Source: Eledone cirrhosa
Taxonomy: Eukaryota
Reading direction: 5' to 3'
Assembly (NCBI GenBank): GCA_964016885.1
Contig: OZ024740.1
Coordinates: 348,936,001 to 349,000,000 of the forward strand
DNA length: 64,000 bases
The notes below the pieces were generated by a model. The model did no database searches and was not told where the DNA came from. It saw nothing but the letters and a program-made list of their open reading frames with translations. Made by a program: the position numbers and the translations under genes. Shown here in pieces: positions 40,392 through 58,215 of this stretch; the stretch's first letter is position 1; every line of letters begins with the position of its first letter.

Positions 40392-41457
40392 AGCAATCAA
40401 CTACCAACTTTTAAACTGCGTTGTAACGCGAAGGTTTCTCATAATATTATGAATATTTGTTGGCCACCATGTGGTTATTATAATATTTTTATATCTTTTT
40501 ACTTCTTTTATCAATATATATCACAAATATTTGTATATTTAAGAAAATTAACATGTACTAGGAATACAGGAAGGTGTTTTTAATCAGTAATGATATATCC
40601 TTTTCATAGATTGCAATTGTGCCTTTGTAAATTATAAATATATATGGTATTATGTATAAAGTTGAAATCATTTTATTACAAAGTATTTAAATTCCCCAGC
40701 CAGAATTATTTATATTGAAATATTATAAGCGTAAATAATGTTTTTTTTATTTACATATATATTTCCACATAAAATCAAATCATATATGGCTGTATAGTTT
40801 TATAATTCTTTTTTAATCACAAATAATATGTGATAAATTCAAATTATTATGGTTTATATAGTGTATGAATCGGATTAACATTTGAATGGACATACTTACA
40901 TTTTCTTTTGTTGTAAATATTAATATTTACATATCATTTATTATATTTCAATAAAAACATGATAAGAATTTCGCAATTTATAGTTTTGTGTTCAAATTTT
41001 CCACTTTCATTTCATTAAATCTCATTAATATGTCACTTTATTATCTACATTTCTGGGTTAACTTGGAAAACCGTCCGTATGCAGTCTATTTTAACGTGTA
41101 TATTACATGTTGTGATTTAAGTCCAATAGTTATTCATTCATGTCATACATATATTACAAATTTGTTTTCGTTATTGAAAAATTACTTTTCTTCCTTTTAC
41201 TATGTGAATGTATCCAATCAATGAGCATTTTGATTTGTGTGCAACGAGCAAATTCCTCAAATTGCAAGTCTTTTCCATTACGTCGTTGTTCAGATATTGC
41301 CACAGATCAAATACGAATAAGCTCGGAATATATACTTATTCAATGATACAGACCACGTCTGAATAGTCTGTAATCACCCCAACACACGTACATGTAACAT
41401 TCTTCACCTTGCTAATAGAATTATTACGATCATTGGTATTGTTTTTGTTTCTGACAT

Positions 41458-42153
41458 TGGATTGGCAGTATCGGTAGAGGGTCGGACGCCATGCTTTGAC
41501 GCATAGAGTTACAGCCCTTGCCATTCTGAGTTCAAATCCCGCCGAGGTTAATTTTGCCTTTCATCCTTCCGGGGTCGATAAAATAGTCACCAGAAATGCA
41601 CTGGGATAATTGCTGGCCTTGTGTCAAAAGAAGTAACAATTATTACTACGTTACCACTGACCTTCTTCACCCATACAGCGAAGGGAAGAAATTGGTATTG
41701 TTACAACGCCCACACACACAGTCATGTTCAATTCTTGTTCATTTTGCTGATTGGTTCATCATCATTATTATTATCATAGGGCGGTGGATTAACAGTATCA
41801 GTAGAGTGTCGGACGCCATGCTTTAACGCATAGAGTTACGCCTCTTTCCATTCTGAGTTCAAATCCCGCCGAGGCTAACATTGCCTTTCATCCTTACGGG
41901 GTCGATAAAATAAAGTACCAGTAATGCACTGGTTAATTGCTGGCCTTGTGCCAAAAAGTAGAAACAATTATTGTTATAGTCGTCAATATGATGGTAATGT
42001 TGTTGGTACTAATAACTGTTTCTACTTTAGGCACAATGCCAGCAATTACCCAGTGCATTACTGGTACTTTATTTTATCGACCCCGTAAGGATGAAAGGCA
42101 AAGTCAACCTTGGCGGGATTTGAACTCAGATTGTAAAGGGACGTAACTATGCT
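41458..42153. mobile_element. Three SINE copies (41458-41642 +, 41779-41972 +, 42016-42153 -)
   Basis: Family match; the last two are inverted and about 45 bp apart. Confidence 0.85.
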
Positions 42154-44329
42154 GGTACTAATAACGATTGTTGCTGTTATTTTTAATGTTATTCGAGCGT
42201 AGCAGGAAACAAAATAATTTGCTACACACTCACGCACACACACTTACTTCTGAATTTTTGTGATCGCCACAAAAACAATAACAACTGCAGTTGACTATTA
42301 AATAGAACAGGCATGAATTTGTACTGTCCAAACTCGAAAGTATCACTAAACTCGATGACTAATCACGGAATGACCCTCGATGCCTAAGCACGCCACTCGA
42401 TTTTAATTACAGATATTTATAGATATATCTATCTATAAATACTAGCGCATTTTATCATGTAGGCAGATCAGTCCTCTGAAGATTTGGTCAGGTATTGCAT
42501 TTAATTCAGCCTCTTGCTGTCCATCACTCGTGTAAACGGCCACGAGGTACTTGAACTTCTCCAACGCACTTTTGTGTAGCTCTTCTCACACGCAGAGCGC
42601 ACTAAGAAGGCTTTCTCGCGAATATGGAGGTCTCAAACTTTGCAGCACTAATGTATTTATGCATTCTTTTAATGAGCTACTAGTTCATCTATAGCTATGG
42701 CAGCTGATTACGTTAAACTATGTTCATCATAATTATTGTCCTTTCAATTACCATTCGTTGTTTAGTCTGTTACTTCGAATTACTGTTTGTTGTTTAATTG
42801 TTGTGATGCGCTGTTTTCATAAATACTGTAATTGAACATTTTCCTTGCAGAATTTACCTTAACATAGCTGCCGATCAATGATTGAGATCAGTAATATAAT
42901 TCAAATATAATAGAATGCATATAAATATTTGATCGTTTTGTGGCACACTGTACATAACAAAAAGAACACATGGTCGTTTTAAAGTTAGATGCTGGAGCAT
43001 GGTACCTAATATGTTATGATAATGCACACGCTCACACAGACAAACGTACAATGGCAGATATATGCAGCGTGGGTGTATAGATTGAAACCCTCACACACAC
43101 ACACACACACTCAAACATATGTAAAATAGAATAATATTAAATAAACACACTCATACAATATGTATACATGTATTTCAAATTATTTGCGGCATCTTCAAAC
43201 TACAGGTGGAATGTTCAGCTGTTAGTTTCACTAGAAATTCCTAAGTAATATAGACGAAACACCATTAATGATATTCTAATTAGTAACAACTCTTCAAAAT
43301 ATTATGAATTCAATTTACTACTAAATAATTTCTACGGAAATATCAACTAAATATATGAGGTAATAGTTAAACATCATTAGGTAACATTCAGTAACTGCAA
43401 AGTGATGATTCTTTTTATATTAGTTAATTAAGGAGGTGTTTATATTTGACAAGTACTATATTAGTGTAACTCATTTACTTTGTTCTACATAACATAAGCC
43501 CTTGTATATTTTCCATACAATTCTGGAGATTGTTTTTAACGAAGGAGCACATTTTTTTTCTTTACATATGTAATATATTGTAAGTTTAAAAACGACAATT
43601 TCAAATTATCTGTCAACAATTATGCCGAGATGAATGTTTGTGTCTTTCAAGACGAAAATCTGTTCTAGGTGAAGCAGGTTTTATTTTGCTATAGATAACC
43701 AATGAGATAAGCTACTAAAAATAGAAATTCTACGGAAAAAAACATTATTTCGTTGCCTGTCATTCAATAAAATGTACTAATATACATAACACACCTTGAA
43801 TTTCTACAACTACGTAAACATAAAACTTGAATAAAAGAAATAGGATGGTGTGTCCTGGCAACGTTACCCCCCCCCCCCCCCCCATACAGGAGTGCTCAGC
43901 AGTTATATAGAGCAAATAATATGTTAATACTGGCAATTTTAGCACACTAGATATATGTTAGTTCCGTCTGTATTTCATTCATGTTATGATATTGCATTGG
44001 AAGTAATCTTTTTGATGAGGCTATTTTGTCAGTAAAATAGCCTCCAGGCGGGTAGGAGTGTCAGACAACATACTTCGCAGCATATAGTTATTATTATTTA
44101 TGTTCTGAAGTTAGTTTTGCCTTTCATCCTTACGGCAGTCGATAATATAAGTACCAGTGATGTTCTGGAGTCGATTTAATTGACTTGCTCCTTTCCCAAA
44201 ATTGTTAGCCTTGTGCCTCAATCAGAAACCATTTTAATTAAGGCAGGTAATGTTAAAAATAACAACACATAGATTTAACACAGAAGTTTATTTATTTTCA
44301 CCAATTAATAAGACAATTTGAACCATAAC

Positions 44330-45340
44330 CCAACACTAGTACTATTTATATTTACGGGGGACCTGTAAAATAAGCTTTAAAAGCATGTGTGTCTACTTTA
44401 CCGGGACCGGCAAAGTAGCCTATCCGTAAGCTGGGAAGAGACAGATTTCCTCCTGTTAGCTGTACATCTACGGTCTTCACCGGAATATACATTCCAAGTT
44501 CTACTATATGTTCCACGAAGAATCTGTTTGTAAGGAACAGCAAGGATTCTGTCTGCCTTTGTTCAAGTACCGTCATTCCTGAGAGTGGCTGACCTTCGGG
44601 CCATTGAACCTCAGTAGTGTGTTGTGGTTCTGGCCCAATTTGATCAGCACTTCTTTAATCTTTCTGAGACAATCTTCAAAATTTTCCTCAAACCTGGGGG
44701 TATCTGGTGGTCAATATGTGACACATATTACTATTTTGATTTACTTCACGTGTATCATTAGCGTGTCACAGACCGAGTTGGAATGTGACAACAGTACTAA
44801 TGATTTGACATCTTCATGGATGTACAAAGTAACTCTACCACGAGTTCTCTTCTTCCTTTCAGTACGAAATACAACATATTTTGGTATGTGTATTTCCATA
44901 TCTGCTATGATAGCTGTCAGGTGAGCTTAAGTTAGTGTCATGCGTATTGTTTGATTGCTTGTGGCTAGGTCTATTTGGTAGGTGATCTTACACATGTTGG
45001 TCAGTTTTACCAGGTATCTGACATGTAGCACTGGTGTGACATTTGTGGTGTCAGTGGTGGCTGCTGATATGGCATTTGTGTGGGTATCAGTGCTGGCGAC
45101 TCTGTGGGTTTTATTTGTGGTGGTCGCGAGTTTTGATGTGACTGATTTTCGTTGGGGCTGTACGTGCAACCTCAGCATACTTCCTGGACAGTAAGCCTGT
45201 GTGTTGTTTTGTTTGCCCATGTTGGTTTTGGCTTAGGTATTTGGCACGAACAGGTTGGGTGCAACTTGCATAGAGTCTGGAGTGTGCAAAACTGCAACTT
45301 ATCCTCTACCAGCAATTGTTTATACTCTCAAGTAACACGT
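44330..45340 (-). mobile_element. Degraded CR1/L2-like LINE 5' portion (Cys/His finger remnants and APE)
   Basis: CSFAHSRL, IPKYVVFRTERKKRTRG.V.LYI and Y*PPDT motifs. Confidence 0.5.
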
Positions 45341-45776
45341 TATAAATTAATTTCTTTTTATTAGACATTGCATAAACTTGATTAGTCCTTTGAATATAAT
45401 GTTTTACATATTAATATTTAAATATCATTAATTGTATTTTGTTAAAATTGATCAAAGCTCATAATGTTATGTACAATCCTACCCCTTGTATTTGGTTGAA
45501 CCTCCTTGAACAAGGAACTTTAGTATCTACATTTGGGAGTGTCTTTGGAAATACTCCATGTTTGATTTCATCCTGTTATGTTGAGTCTTCGTAATTACAA
45601 ACGTTGAAGCTCACCTGAGAGCAGTTGTTATTTATTCATTGTTTTAGACGTTGTTGGTGTAATGACATCAGTAATTAGCTGTTCCTTTCAAACAGTTTCA
45701 TTTCACAATAACATTCATCTAAACATAATTTGTTCAACTTATATTATTCAACAATATTATTCAACTTCGTGTACGA

Positions 45777-45880
45777 GTAATGTAACATCAAAATGTTAGC
45801 CATGTTAAACGTAATGTAACATCAAAATGTTAGCCATGTTAAACGTAATGTAACATCAAAATGTTAGCCATGTTAAACGT
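45777..45880 (+). repeat. 34-bp tandem repeat x3
   Basis: GTAATGTAACATCAAAATGTTAGCCATGTTAAAC at 45777, 45811 and 45845. Confidence 0.95.
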
Positions 45881-46059
45881 GCATTCATGTTATCACGTAA
45901 AATGTAAGGAAGCGGCATTGCTACATTGATATTTATATGATAAAATATTAAATAAGAATTATATACCTTCTCTCATAGAACTGAGTATATATTTTGTTTA
46001 TATAAATACATGTCATTGTTTATTTGATCTGCATAATTTGACAACCATACCTACATAGG

Positions 46060-46191
<132 letters not shown>

Positions 46192-47099
46192 GTTTGAATA
46201 TGTATAATAAAGCCAAAACAATGCAGGTATGGACATAGAAAAAAGAATGCAATTGCAAAAGATATTGTTGACAAATCGTCTTTTACCTTATATTTATTTA
46301 AATGTCCTTAATTTTCGAGATAATATCTCTTCTTCAGAGGGAAATAAAGGTCTCAAACCAGCGTTCTAAATATCTTACCAAACCATGCTGACAGGAAATA
46401 GTATAGAGTATCTGTTCTATCTCTAATGTCAACCCACATTCACCAACCCACATCAGCAATACGTGCACAGTTTTTAATTATCCAATCAACATCGCATAAG
46501 TGTGCATGTGTGTGTGTGGGGGGTGGGGGGTATGTGTGTGTGGGGGGGGGGGGGGGGGGGTGAGTGTGTGTGTGTGTGTCAGTCATTACTTCTGCATAGC
46601 TAACTGACTGAACCCATACTTTCATACGATGTTGTTTATGTTGATAGTACTTGTCTCTTATCAATGTGGATATAACGAGTTTCTACTTAAGGTAAGTGTT
46701 TCTCATAACTCAAATATATGATGATAGAAATTGTACATTGTTAGAATGCTTAAACACTTAATCCTACAATGAGGCTAAGTTTAAAACAATTTAAATTTAA
46801 TCTGAATGATACAAAGGTATTTCCCTAGGTTTGTATCGGATATTATCAAGCAATGTAGATAACTTATTATCAAAGGGTATTATAAGGCATTAATATTTCT
46901 TTAATACTATTTCTGGAAAACTCAGTTCTTAAGTTATTTGTATCCATTCCTGCTTATTTCATTCTTAGCACTTATTTGTTATACCCCTCAGAATAAACCA
47001 GTGCAAAATTATGAACAGGCCTAAATTAAAATCATAACCCTTTTCCAAGCTAGCAAATTACTTAGTTTAAATATTTAATGGGTTTATAAATCCTTTAGT

Positions 47100-48800
47100 T
47101 AGGCATTTCTCTGTAGTTTATGAGATATGTAAACATTTTCTGAAACAATTCCAACAACCAGCTTCAGACACCATCATTAAATGGTTTCGAATTTTATTCG
47201 GACACAAATACTTGTGATTCGTATAGGATCTTCAAAGCAACAAGAAGCCATCCATCGATCTCATATTCCTGCAAATCTTACTACAACAAAATATTAGAAC
47301 TCAGGCGTATTCTTTTTTAACGTTCACGAAACAAACATACATAACACCACGATTTATCGAATACCTGCCACAGCGGGAATATTTGGTCGTCTTAGGTACG
47401 TATGGGGCAAAGATCTCTTATTGTCAGCTAGATTAGGCTCAACAATACCCATAAATTGCTTTGCCAGACACTTAACTTAGACTTTACCGGGGAGGCTTAA
47501 CAAGAACATTTTCTGTAAAATAGCAATCCTTCTTGTCTCACCTTTTGAAAATTGGGATTCTCTCCCATGATTGACACTGTTTGTTTTGGTGCCTTTCAAC
47601 AAATCGAGGCCTCCTGTAACACACGTGTTGGCACAAGCAGAACATACTTTCTCAATATAAGGATTTTAGCATCGCGGGACGAAATTCATCCTCCTAAGAA
47701 GCAGTGCTATATTTCACCGCTTTAATTTCTCTGGTGAGAAGAGCCCCGATGAGTTCGCGATAGCAGATGAGGACGGGACTTATTATTACGAAACCGGTGG
47801 ATTGGCAGTATCGGTAGAGGGTCGGACGCCATGCTTTGTGGCATAGAGTTACGGCCCTTTATGATCTGAGTTCAAATCCCACCGAGGTTAATTTTGCCTT
47901 TCACCCTTACGGGGGTCGATAAAATAAAGTACCAGTAATACACTGGGATACTTGCTAGCCTTGTTCCAAAAGTAGAAACAATTATTACGAAACGAGTGGA
48001 TGCTCTACCAGAAAATGTGTTTTGACTATATAAACCTGGATTTCATCTAAACCCTAAAGTCCTTTCATATATCAAACTGGGACACCGTTACTGCTTTTAT
48101 CATGTGTGCAAGTATAGAAGAAATCAGAGACAATAAAAGTTCAGTTACTGACCTCCGTACCCGATGTAGCTTGGACCATGTATACTTATCGACTTTGTAC
48201 TGGAAGAAATATGTTGCAGTACACATCTAACTCCGAAAAGAATATCGATGCCTTGTGAAGTGTGTGATGGACTCGAAGTGGTCGCTTATCCCGAGACACC
48301 AAAGAGTGTCCAGAAGGGAGAAAACATGAACAGTTAGCAACTGAAACATTACAACACTTATTAGTTAGAGACAAGAACTAATAAGGGAGACCTGACGTTA
48401 CGGGATAGATACTGTCGGGGGTCCTTTCAACAAAGATCTGTGGCTCTGGTACGGTAGATTTGCATGGCGGTTGAAAACTCCAGTATTCATGTGGTGACAG
48501 AAATGGGGATTCCTCAAAATTCCCTGCTGTCAGAATATGTTATAGAATGGATTCTATCGGGAGAGATGATATGTACGTTCATGCACCGAATATAGAATCC
48601 GATCAGATCCTTCTTTGATGAAGTCACTGCAGTGTTAGCAGTAATATAGTCTTATATACTACAGGGAGATTTAAATGCACATATTGGGACTGATTGCCTA
48701 ACATGGAAATGAGTGATTGGTAGGAACGGTAACCAGATTTAAATGAGACACCAATGTCTTTAGTAGACTTCTGATCTTATAATGAGTTCTCCCAATGTTG
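47100..48800. mobile_element. Degraded RTE-like LINE pieces (RT on minus at about 47100-47700; APE on plus at about 48400-48800)
   Basis: DQIF-like block, and GDLNAHIGTD...VIGRNG. Confidence 0.5.
47795..47985 (+). mobile_element. SINE with TSD ATTATTACGAAAC
   Basis: Family match and flanking direct repeat. Confidence 0.85.
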
Positions 48801-50177
48801 TGGTATAATTGTTTAATCCTTTATGCATCTTCTAGTTCATACGTAGCTATTTCGGGTGTTCATACATTTTGTTGTCATACTTTCATTTCTCATTCCTTGT
48901 TTGACTCTTTCTCCTAATTACTATCTCTTGTTGAAATGTTGTAATGGCTGTTTTAATAAATACTGGGATTGATAAATCTTCGTGAACGACATACCCCAGC
49001 GTGGCTACTGAGCAAAATCTGAGACTAGTAAATTAATTCAACTATAAAAGAATACATGTATATATGTTATCACTTAATGATTCACAGCACGCAGCAAATG
49101 GCACGCGCACATATATCATTAGATTCAGAAATATGTTAACGAATATGAGATGATAATACACTCTCATATACAACACATGCACAAACACACACATATACAC
49201 ACAGAGACACACAACACACACACACGTATACTGTATGAAAGTATACTGTATGAAAGTATAGAAATACAAGCTTTAATAGAAATACACTTTAATATATGAA
49301 ACAGAACAATTTAAATAAACTCACACATGCAATATTAAAAAACGCTCACAAACACAACTGTTTCGAATTATTCGCAACAAATTCACACTATAGCAAAAAT
49401 AATCATGCTAGTTTCGTTTGAAATCTTTATGTTATATGATTGGAACACTAATAATGTTACTCTAATTACTAAAATATCTTCAAATATATCATATTTTATG
49501 GTTACTATTAAATAATTTGTAGCATTGTGGCTACTATATAGATGACATGTTACACATACTTGGGTACCACTCACCGACTGTAAAATCAGAAATAGGCTTC
49601 TTTTCAGACATTCTTTCGTATTATATTGCATTAATGAGCGAACTGTTTATGTATAATTGACAATTTTACATAATAAAGTATTATTTTGTACGTTAACATT
49701 ATATCGCTTTTTAGAGTTTACTTTTACAAAAGAAACATTATTTTCTTACATATGTAAAATATTATAAGCTTAGAAAATTATCATTTCACGTTATTTGTCA
49801 ACAGCTACTCCGAGATGAAGATATTTGAGTCTTTCAAGATGAAAGCCTATTCTGAGAAATGCAGTTTTTACTTTGCTTTAATTAACTGAAAAATATAGCG
49901 ACTTTATCGATTATTTATTTTTTAAATATATAAAATACTAAAAATAGAAATACTACAACAGGTAAGTGATTATTCTTTTCTCTATTATTTTATCGAATGA
50001 GTGGGCAGTAGTTATATAGGTCATATTAAATAATCCGGGAAACGTATTATGACAAAAGCTGGAAAAGCCAAAAGTAAGTGTAACATTACACACACGTATT
50101 TATTACCACTTCAGATACTTGCTAGTTCCGTCCGTATTTCCGTCCGTATTTAATTTATTCAAATACTTTTATTTACC

Positions 50178-50225
50178 TATGTGTAACGTCATATTTTCCG
50201 GTCTCAAACACTTTATATAAAAAAA
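50178..50225 (+). promoter_or_regulatory. Putative proximal promoter of IL-17 copy 5 (TATATAAA 50214-50221)
   Basis: TGTGTAACGTCATATTTTCCGG...TATATAAA aligns with TGTGTAAGGTCATATT...TTTTCCGG...TATATATA of copy 3. Confidence 0.55.
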
Positions 50226-50349
50226 CAACTTATGTCTGAAGGTATCATTAAGAAGGTACATCGCATGAGAAACTAAGACACAAGTGTTATTTGTATAATT
50301 TCATACAGTTGTATTCTTTATCCAATTCCAAGTGAACACAAGCAGTATA

Positions 50350-53189
<2,840 letters not shown>

Positions 53190-54359
53190 AACAATCAACT
53201 ACCAAATTTTAAACTGCGTTGTAACGCGAAGGTGTCTCATAATGTTATGAATATTTGTTGGCCACCATGTGGTTATGATATTTTTATATCTTTTTAATTC
53301 TTTCAAAATATGTAAATATTATTTCAAAGATATCTGTATATTTAAAGAATTTCAACAATTTAATATTACAGTGCATCTACCAATATTGTTCTGTTCGTAT
53401 CACTATATTATTTTGTTTCAAAATCTTGATAATTATAGTCATCATCTCTATACCCTCTGACTTCCATTTTTACAATTATTTCCCACATTTCGACATGGGT
53501 TGGAACAAAATTGCACAAGTACAGTTTCATCTCATATATACACACTCGCACTTTGGTATACATAATACACACATAATACACACAAGCAAACACAAAAATT
53601 CCCATATCAATAGTCCTACGTAAGAAAGGGCTGGAGATACTGATTATTTATTTGTATTCGCATTTGTCTGAATTTAATATATGCAGTGGTAAGCGGGGTA
53701 AAATTTAAAAAACTTTTTCTATTGTGTATCTACTTTAAAATCATTTTACATGGATATAATATAACAATAATTATCTTTTTTAGATTCATTCATATATATT
53801 TCCACTTAGAACCAAATCACTATATATGACTATTTTTATAATAAAAATGTGTACTTTCAAGTAACAACATATAAGTGTAAATTACTTTTTTTTCCTTTTA
53901 TTAAATGCTGTGTAAACCTGGTTATACATATATTATATTGAATATACATATATTTTCCTTTGTTGTACATATTAATATTCAAAGATCATTATTTGTATTT
54001 AATAAAAATAACATGAAAATTCCGTAGAGACTTGTTTACAATTCTTTTATTTGTATTTAGATGAACCTCCTTGAAAATGACACTTTAGTGTCTATATTTC
54101 TGAGTTCACTTGGAAGTATTGCTTGTCTTAATTTATTCTATTTTAAAGTATATACTTTACGCTGTGTCCATGTGATTATACAAGATGAACCTTATCTAAG
54201 AATATTTATTCTTGACATTAGACGTCGCTAGTCTAATGACGTCAGTAATATTTTTACAGTGGTATCCAAACAATATTAACCAATTCTATCTTATTCAATT
54301 GAATACACGTGTAATTTGACGTCGAAATACTAGACATATTAAACATATATTCATATCAT

Positions 54360-54530
54360 TACTCCTTCCAGCGAGTCCTGTCAGAAGTAACCGTCTGCAG
54401 CTGATCCGGCTTAATAGCCAAGCGAGACCAGCCAAGTTCATGGATGTTATCCAGCCATCTTGCTCGGGGTCTATCCTTGGGTCTTCTGCCGGTTGGTTTT
54501 GCTCGTAAAATCTGGTCCAGGCATTCTTTC
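54360..54530 (-). mobile_element. RTE 3' end fragment
   Basis: PTGRRPKDRPRARWLDNI...DRTRW. Confidence 0.75.
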
Positions 54531-54799
54531 CTGAGACATTCTAACCACATATATATCATTACATAAATTGTATGAAACATGCAATGTTTCTATATTTGAA
54601 CTTACATCAATTATCTTATCAGAATATTTGCTAACATCTACATATATTTAAGTGATGTGGAATTAATTCAGGTTGTCTGCTCCTTGAACAGATTGGTCTT
54701 TTCTTGCACCTTAATTGCTCTTTCCTAGCGTGAGATATTAAATGGCTTTCGAGCTCCGAAAGGTATTTGAAGAGCTGACTGCAAACACTGCAACAATGT

Positions 54800-56270
54800 T
54801 TCATTTAACATTGGCTCCATTTTCCACTTGAATACTATGAGTGTTCACGAGCCGCTTCAATAATGTACGTGAATTGCAGGTTTTTTGACAAACATGGCAA
54901 TGAAACTGATCGTCCGGAATGAAATTCCAATATTTCATGTGTGCCTTTCCCGCACGTGGGAGCCTGTGTAATCTCACATAACCACGAGCTATGCATAATT
55001 TTTTTAAAGAAGGAAGATTTAATGAAAGAATGAGAATTAATCCCAATGCTATTGCTATTAATCTCATGTTCACGAACCTTTTTGTTTCAGCATGCTTAAC
55101 TAAGTCAAGCTCGAAATCTTGAACTCAGATTCAAAATATAGCTCGCGATGTTCCATGTTACCCTATGTGCTGCATAAGATTCAAGACTTTTGTAACATAA
55201 TCTAAGACATTTCAAATAGGAATTTAAAGAGTCTTTTTATATTTTCTTTGGCTTACAATTTGTTTATCTTTCCCAGCTTAAGCTAATCATAAAACATTTG
55301 CTTCGGAATGCGCTCATAATCCATACGAATGTGATGGCCTGTCCATTGTAGTTGATTTCTAATAAGTATAGTTTGGATTGATTTGATCTTAGCTTCAACG
55401 AGAACCTCAGTGTCAATACAGAGTTAAAACCAGTTTATTCTGAGTATAGGGCGTTTGCATTTCTGAGGAAATATTTCCAACATTTTTACGCAACGCTTTT
55501 ATATTGTCCATGTTGCAGAAGAATACAACAGTGCAGGAAGCTTAAATGAGACATATAACATGTTGTTGCCAGAAACGATATAGTGCTCTGACCAGACTTT
55601 AGATACTAGGCTGCCAAAGGATTCTGCTGCCCTTTGAGTGGAAGAAGTGTCTAAGTTTCCATCAGCATGTGCAAGGCTACCCTGATATTAAAAAAAAGAC
55701 ACAATTGTAAGCACTGCACATTTAAACAGTATGTGGAGTTCAGTTATTTTACTCCATAGGCAAGGTGATGGATTACCACTTTTTTTTTTATTTTTCAAAT
55801 TAATTGTGATACTAAAATCGTCATATGTAGAATCAAACGCACTAATTAGGTTCTGTGAACTTTGCTCAGTGCCACAATGTCACAGACGTTAGCGATTGAA
55901 GGATTACGTACCAGACGTGTAAAGACTTTGGATAGGAAGTTCATTCTTGTCAGTTTGAACACATTGCCTGAGAAGTGGCATCGTGTATACATCTCTTGAA
56001 ATTACAAATCCATCTGATAGCATAGCTGCAATATATATAGAGAATACTGTCGGTATTTCGGGATCACCTTGCTTAACGCCATATTCAGAAGGAAATATTT
56101 CCTATAGCGTTCCACCAAAGTTAACTGGGACCTTCATATCCTTATGGGGAGCCTTGGCTATATCTTCAAACATTTTCAGGACAGCTCTATTTCTTCAGCA
56201 CGAGCCACACTGCATTCCTGTTAACAGTTTCAAAATATTTGCTAACGCCTATAAAACAACGGCATAATCC
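54800..56270 (-). mobile_element. Highly degraded RTE-like LINE
   Basis: GVKQGDPEIPTVFS near 56040-56080 and a terminal C2H2-like FHCHVCQKTC...H. Confidence 0.5.
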
Positions 56271-57078
56271 TATGATTTATTCGCTGCACTTCTCTTGTAG
56301 CGGCGACACACAAAATCAGTGCATGACGTTCGGACAATTATAGAATAATGAGTAATGTTTGGTATCAATGGTTGTTTGATTAAGTAGATTTAAATCATAT
56401 TAAAATCAAGCCAGATGTTTGCCCATACTCCAAATTCTGCTGAAAATATGGATCATTATTTCTGTCTATATTAGGGTACTTTAATTATGTTAACATAATT
56501 TCTTGCAATACCGTGATATATTTATTTGTTCTTTTAAGACGATACTTATTCATGTGGCAGGTCTCTACATTGGACCATGTACAACGATTTTGTTATGGTC
56601 TTTTTAAATATGTGTTACTTTTTAGTCTAGTACTACTAATATTGTTGAAATGTTGTGATGTGTTTTTATGACTATACGTTTCATAAGTCGTTTTGATGGA
56701 AGCACTCCAGATGGCTATAAAGTAACGAACATGCCAGTAAAAAAATTAAAGTACAAACGAATAATTGGATACATTCGATTATTTTGTTGTTCATTGCCCA
56801 CAACAAAATGAATACATGCATATGTTTACTGGCGATGTCGGAGTATAACACCTAATATATGACAATGAACTACCACACACGTATATGTGTATAACCAATA
56901 AGAGATACGTGTAGCATAGAAATACAATACACACACAAATATATGTAATATTAAATAAACTCTCTTTATAATATATTATCTTGAAAAAACTCTCGGAAAC
57001 GTATTTTGAATTATTTGCGACATATTAGTTTCATGCCAAATTCTTGAGCATATTAACCGAATGCTATTATAAGGATAT

Positions 57079-58215
57079 TGCCGAAGCTCCTCTAAACCCT
57101 TCGCAGCGCTCGGTGCTACAGCCATGCATCTCTCCTCGCTGACCTCGATACTTGTATCCGAGCAGCAGCCGAGGAGATATGCAACGTCAGGTGTGATGAC
57201 ATTGGATGGCAACAGGCCACACTACCTGTCAGATATGGCGGTCTTAGCCTCCGGTCTCTGATCTCGCTGGTATTGCCGGCGTTTCTTTAGTCGGTAACCT
57301 CATACCGCGTCCTCGTCAGCAGGGTTTTCCAAAACACAATGGAACCCTCTGTGGTCAGGGAACGTGAGGCCACCTGTGAGACGTGGGACCGGCTTAAACT
57401 TAGCCCAGTAGAAATCCCTCCTACTTCTCCCCCTGCTGACGCCAAGTCCCCCTAAAGCATTTGGGATGCCATCCAGTGCTGCCTGGCCGCACCAGCTCGA
57501 CAAGCACCACCTTTCCTGGTTTCACGTGGCCTCAGAAACCTACAGTGGTGCCTGGCTCCATGCCTTGCCCTCCTTCTCCACTGATACGCAGCTGGATAAC
57601 GATAGCCTGTGAATCGACGTTTCCCTGAGGCTTGGCCTCCGGATCTGCGACACATATAAATGTCGCTGTAGATCCACGGTGGACTCTTTCGGCCTCCACT
57701 CGCTTTCTTGTCATCACAGTGCCAAACGCCATCCATGTCGTGCTGCCCTCGACGAGGTCATAAAGCATGTCTTGCAGGTTGTAGGCTTCTCCTCCCAGCT
57801 CGAGCCGGTGGGGCTGGACCGAGGGTACGGCAAAAGGCTAGACGGTATGACCATCTTCCCGTTCCGCGGTGGCAAACCCCTCGTGTGGGATGCCACTTGC
57901 AGCTGCACTTTCTCCAGCCGCAACCTGGTGCAGTCTGCGACTAACCCAGCTTCTGCTGCACGTCGGGCTGAGGAGACCAAACTATCCAAGTACCAGTCGC
58001 TTTCCAACATGTTTGTGGTCGTGCCCTTGGCAGTGGAGACTTCTGGTGTCCTTGGTCCAAGGGCTACCTCCCTATTCACCACCATAGGCGCTGATCTGGC
58101 CAGCCGCAGGTGTGAGCCTCGCAAGTTAGAATGGCTCTTTCAGCGCATCTCCCTTATAATCCACCGGGGAAACGCCTTCTCCATTCTGTCCGCCAAGGCT
58201 GTGGGGAGGCCAGCA
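57079..58215 (+). mobile_element. 5'-truncated copy of the same CRE-like family, retaining the RLE domain
   Basis: KRLDGMTIFPFRGGKPLVWDATC...KLSKY...PLAVETSG; homologous to 18700-19620. Confidence 0.85.

Noticed and set aside
45777-45880. CRISPR-like 34-bp repeats
   Set aside because: No spacers, eukaryotic context; a simple minisatellite.
47745-47785. CCGAUGA...GGGAC hammerhead-like string
   Set aside because: Several core mismatches and no stems I or III.
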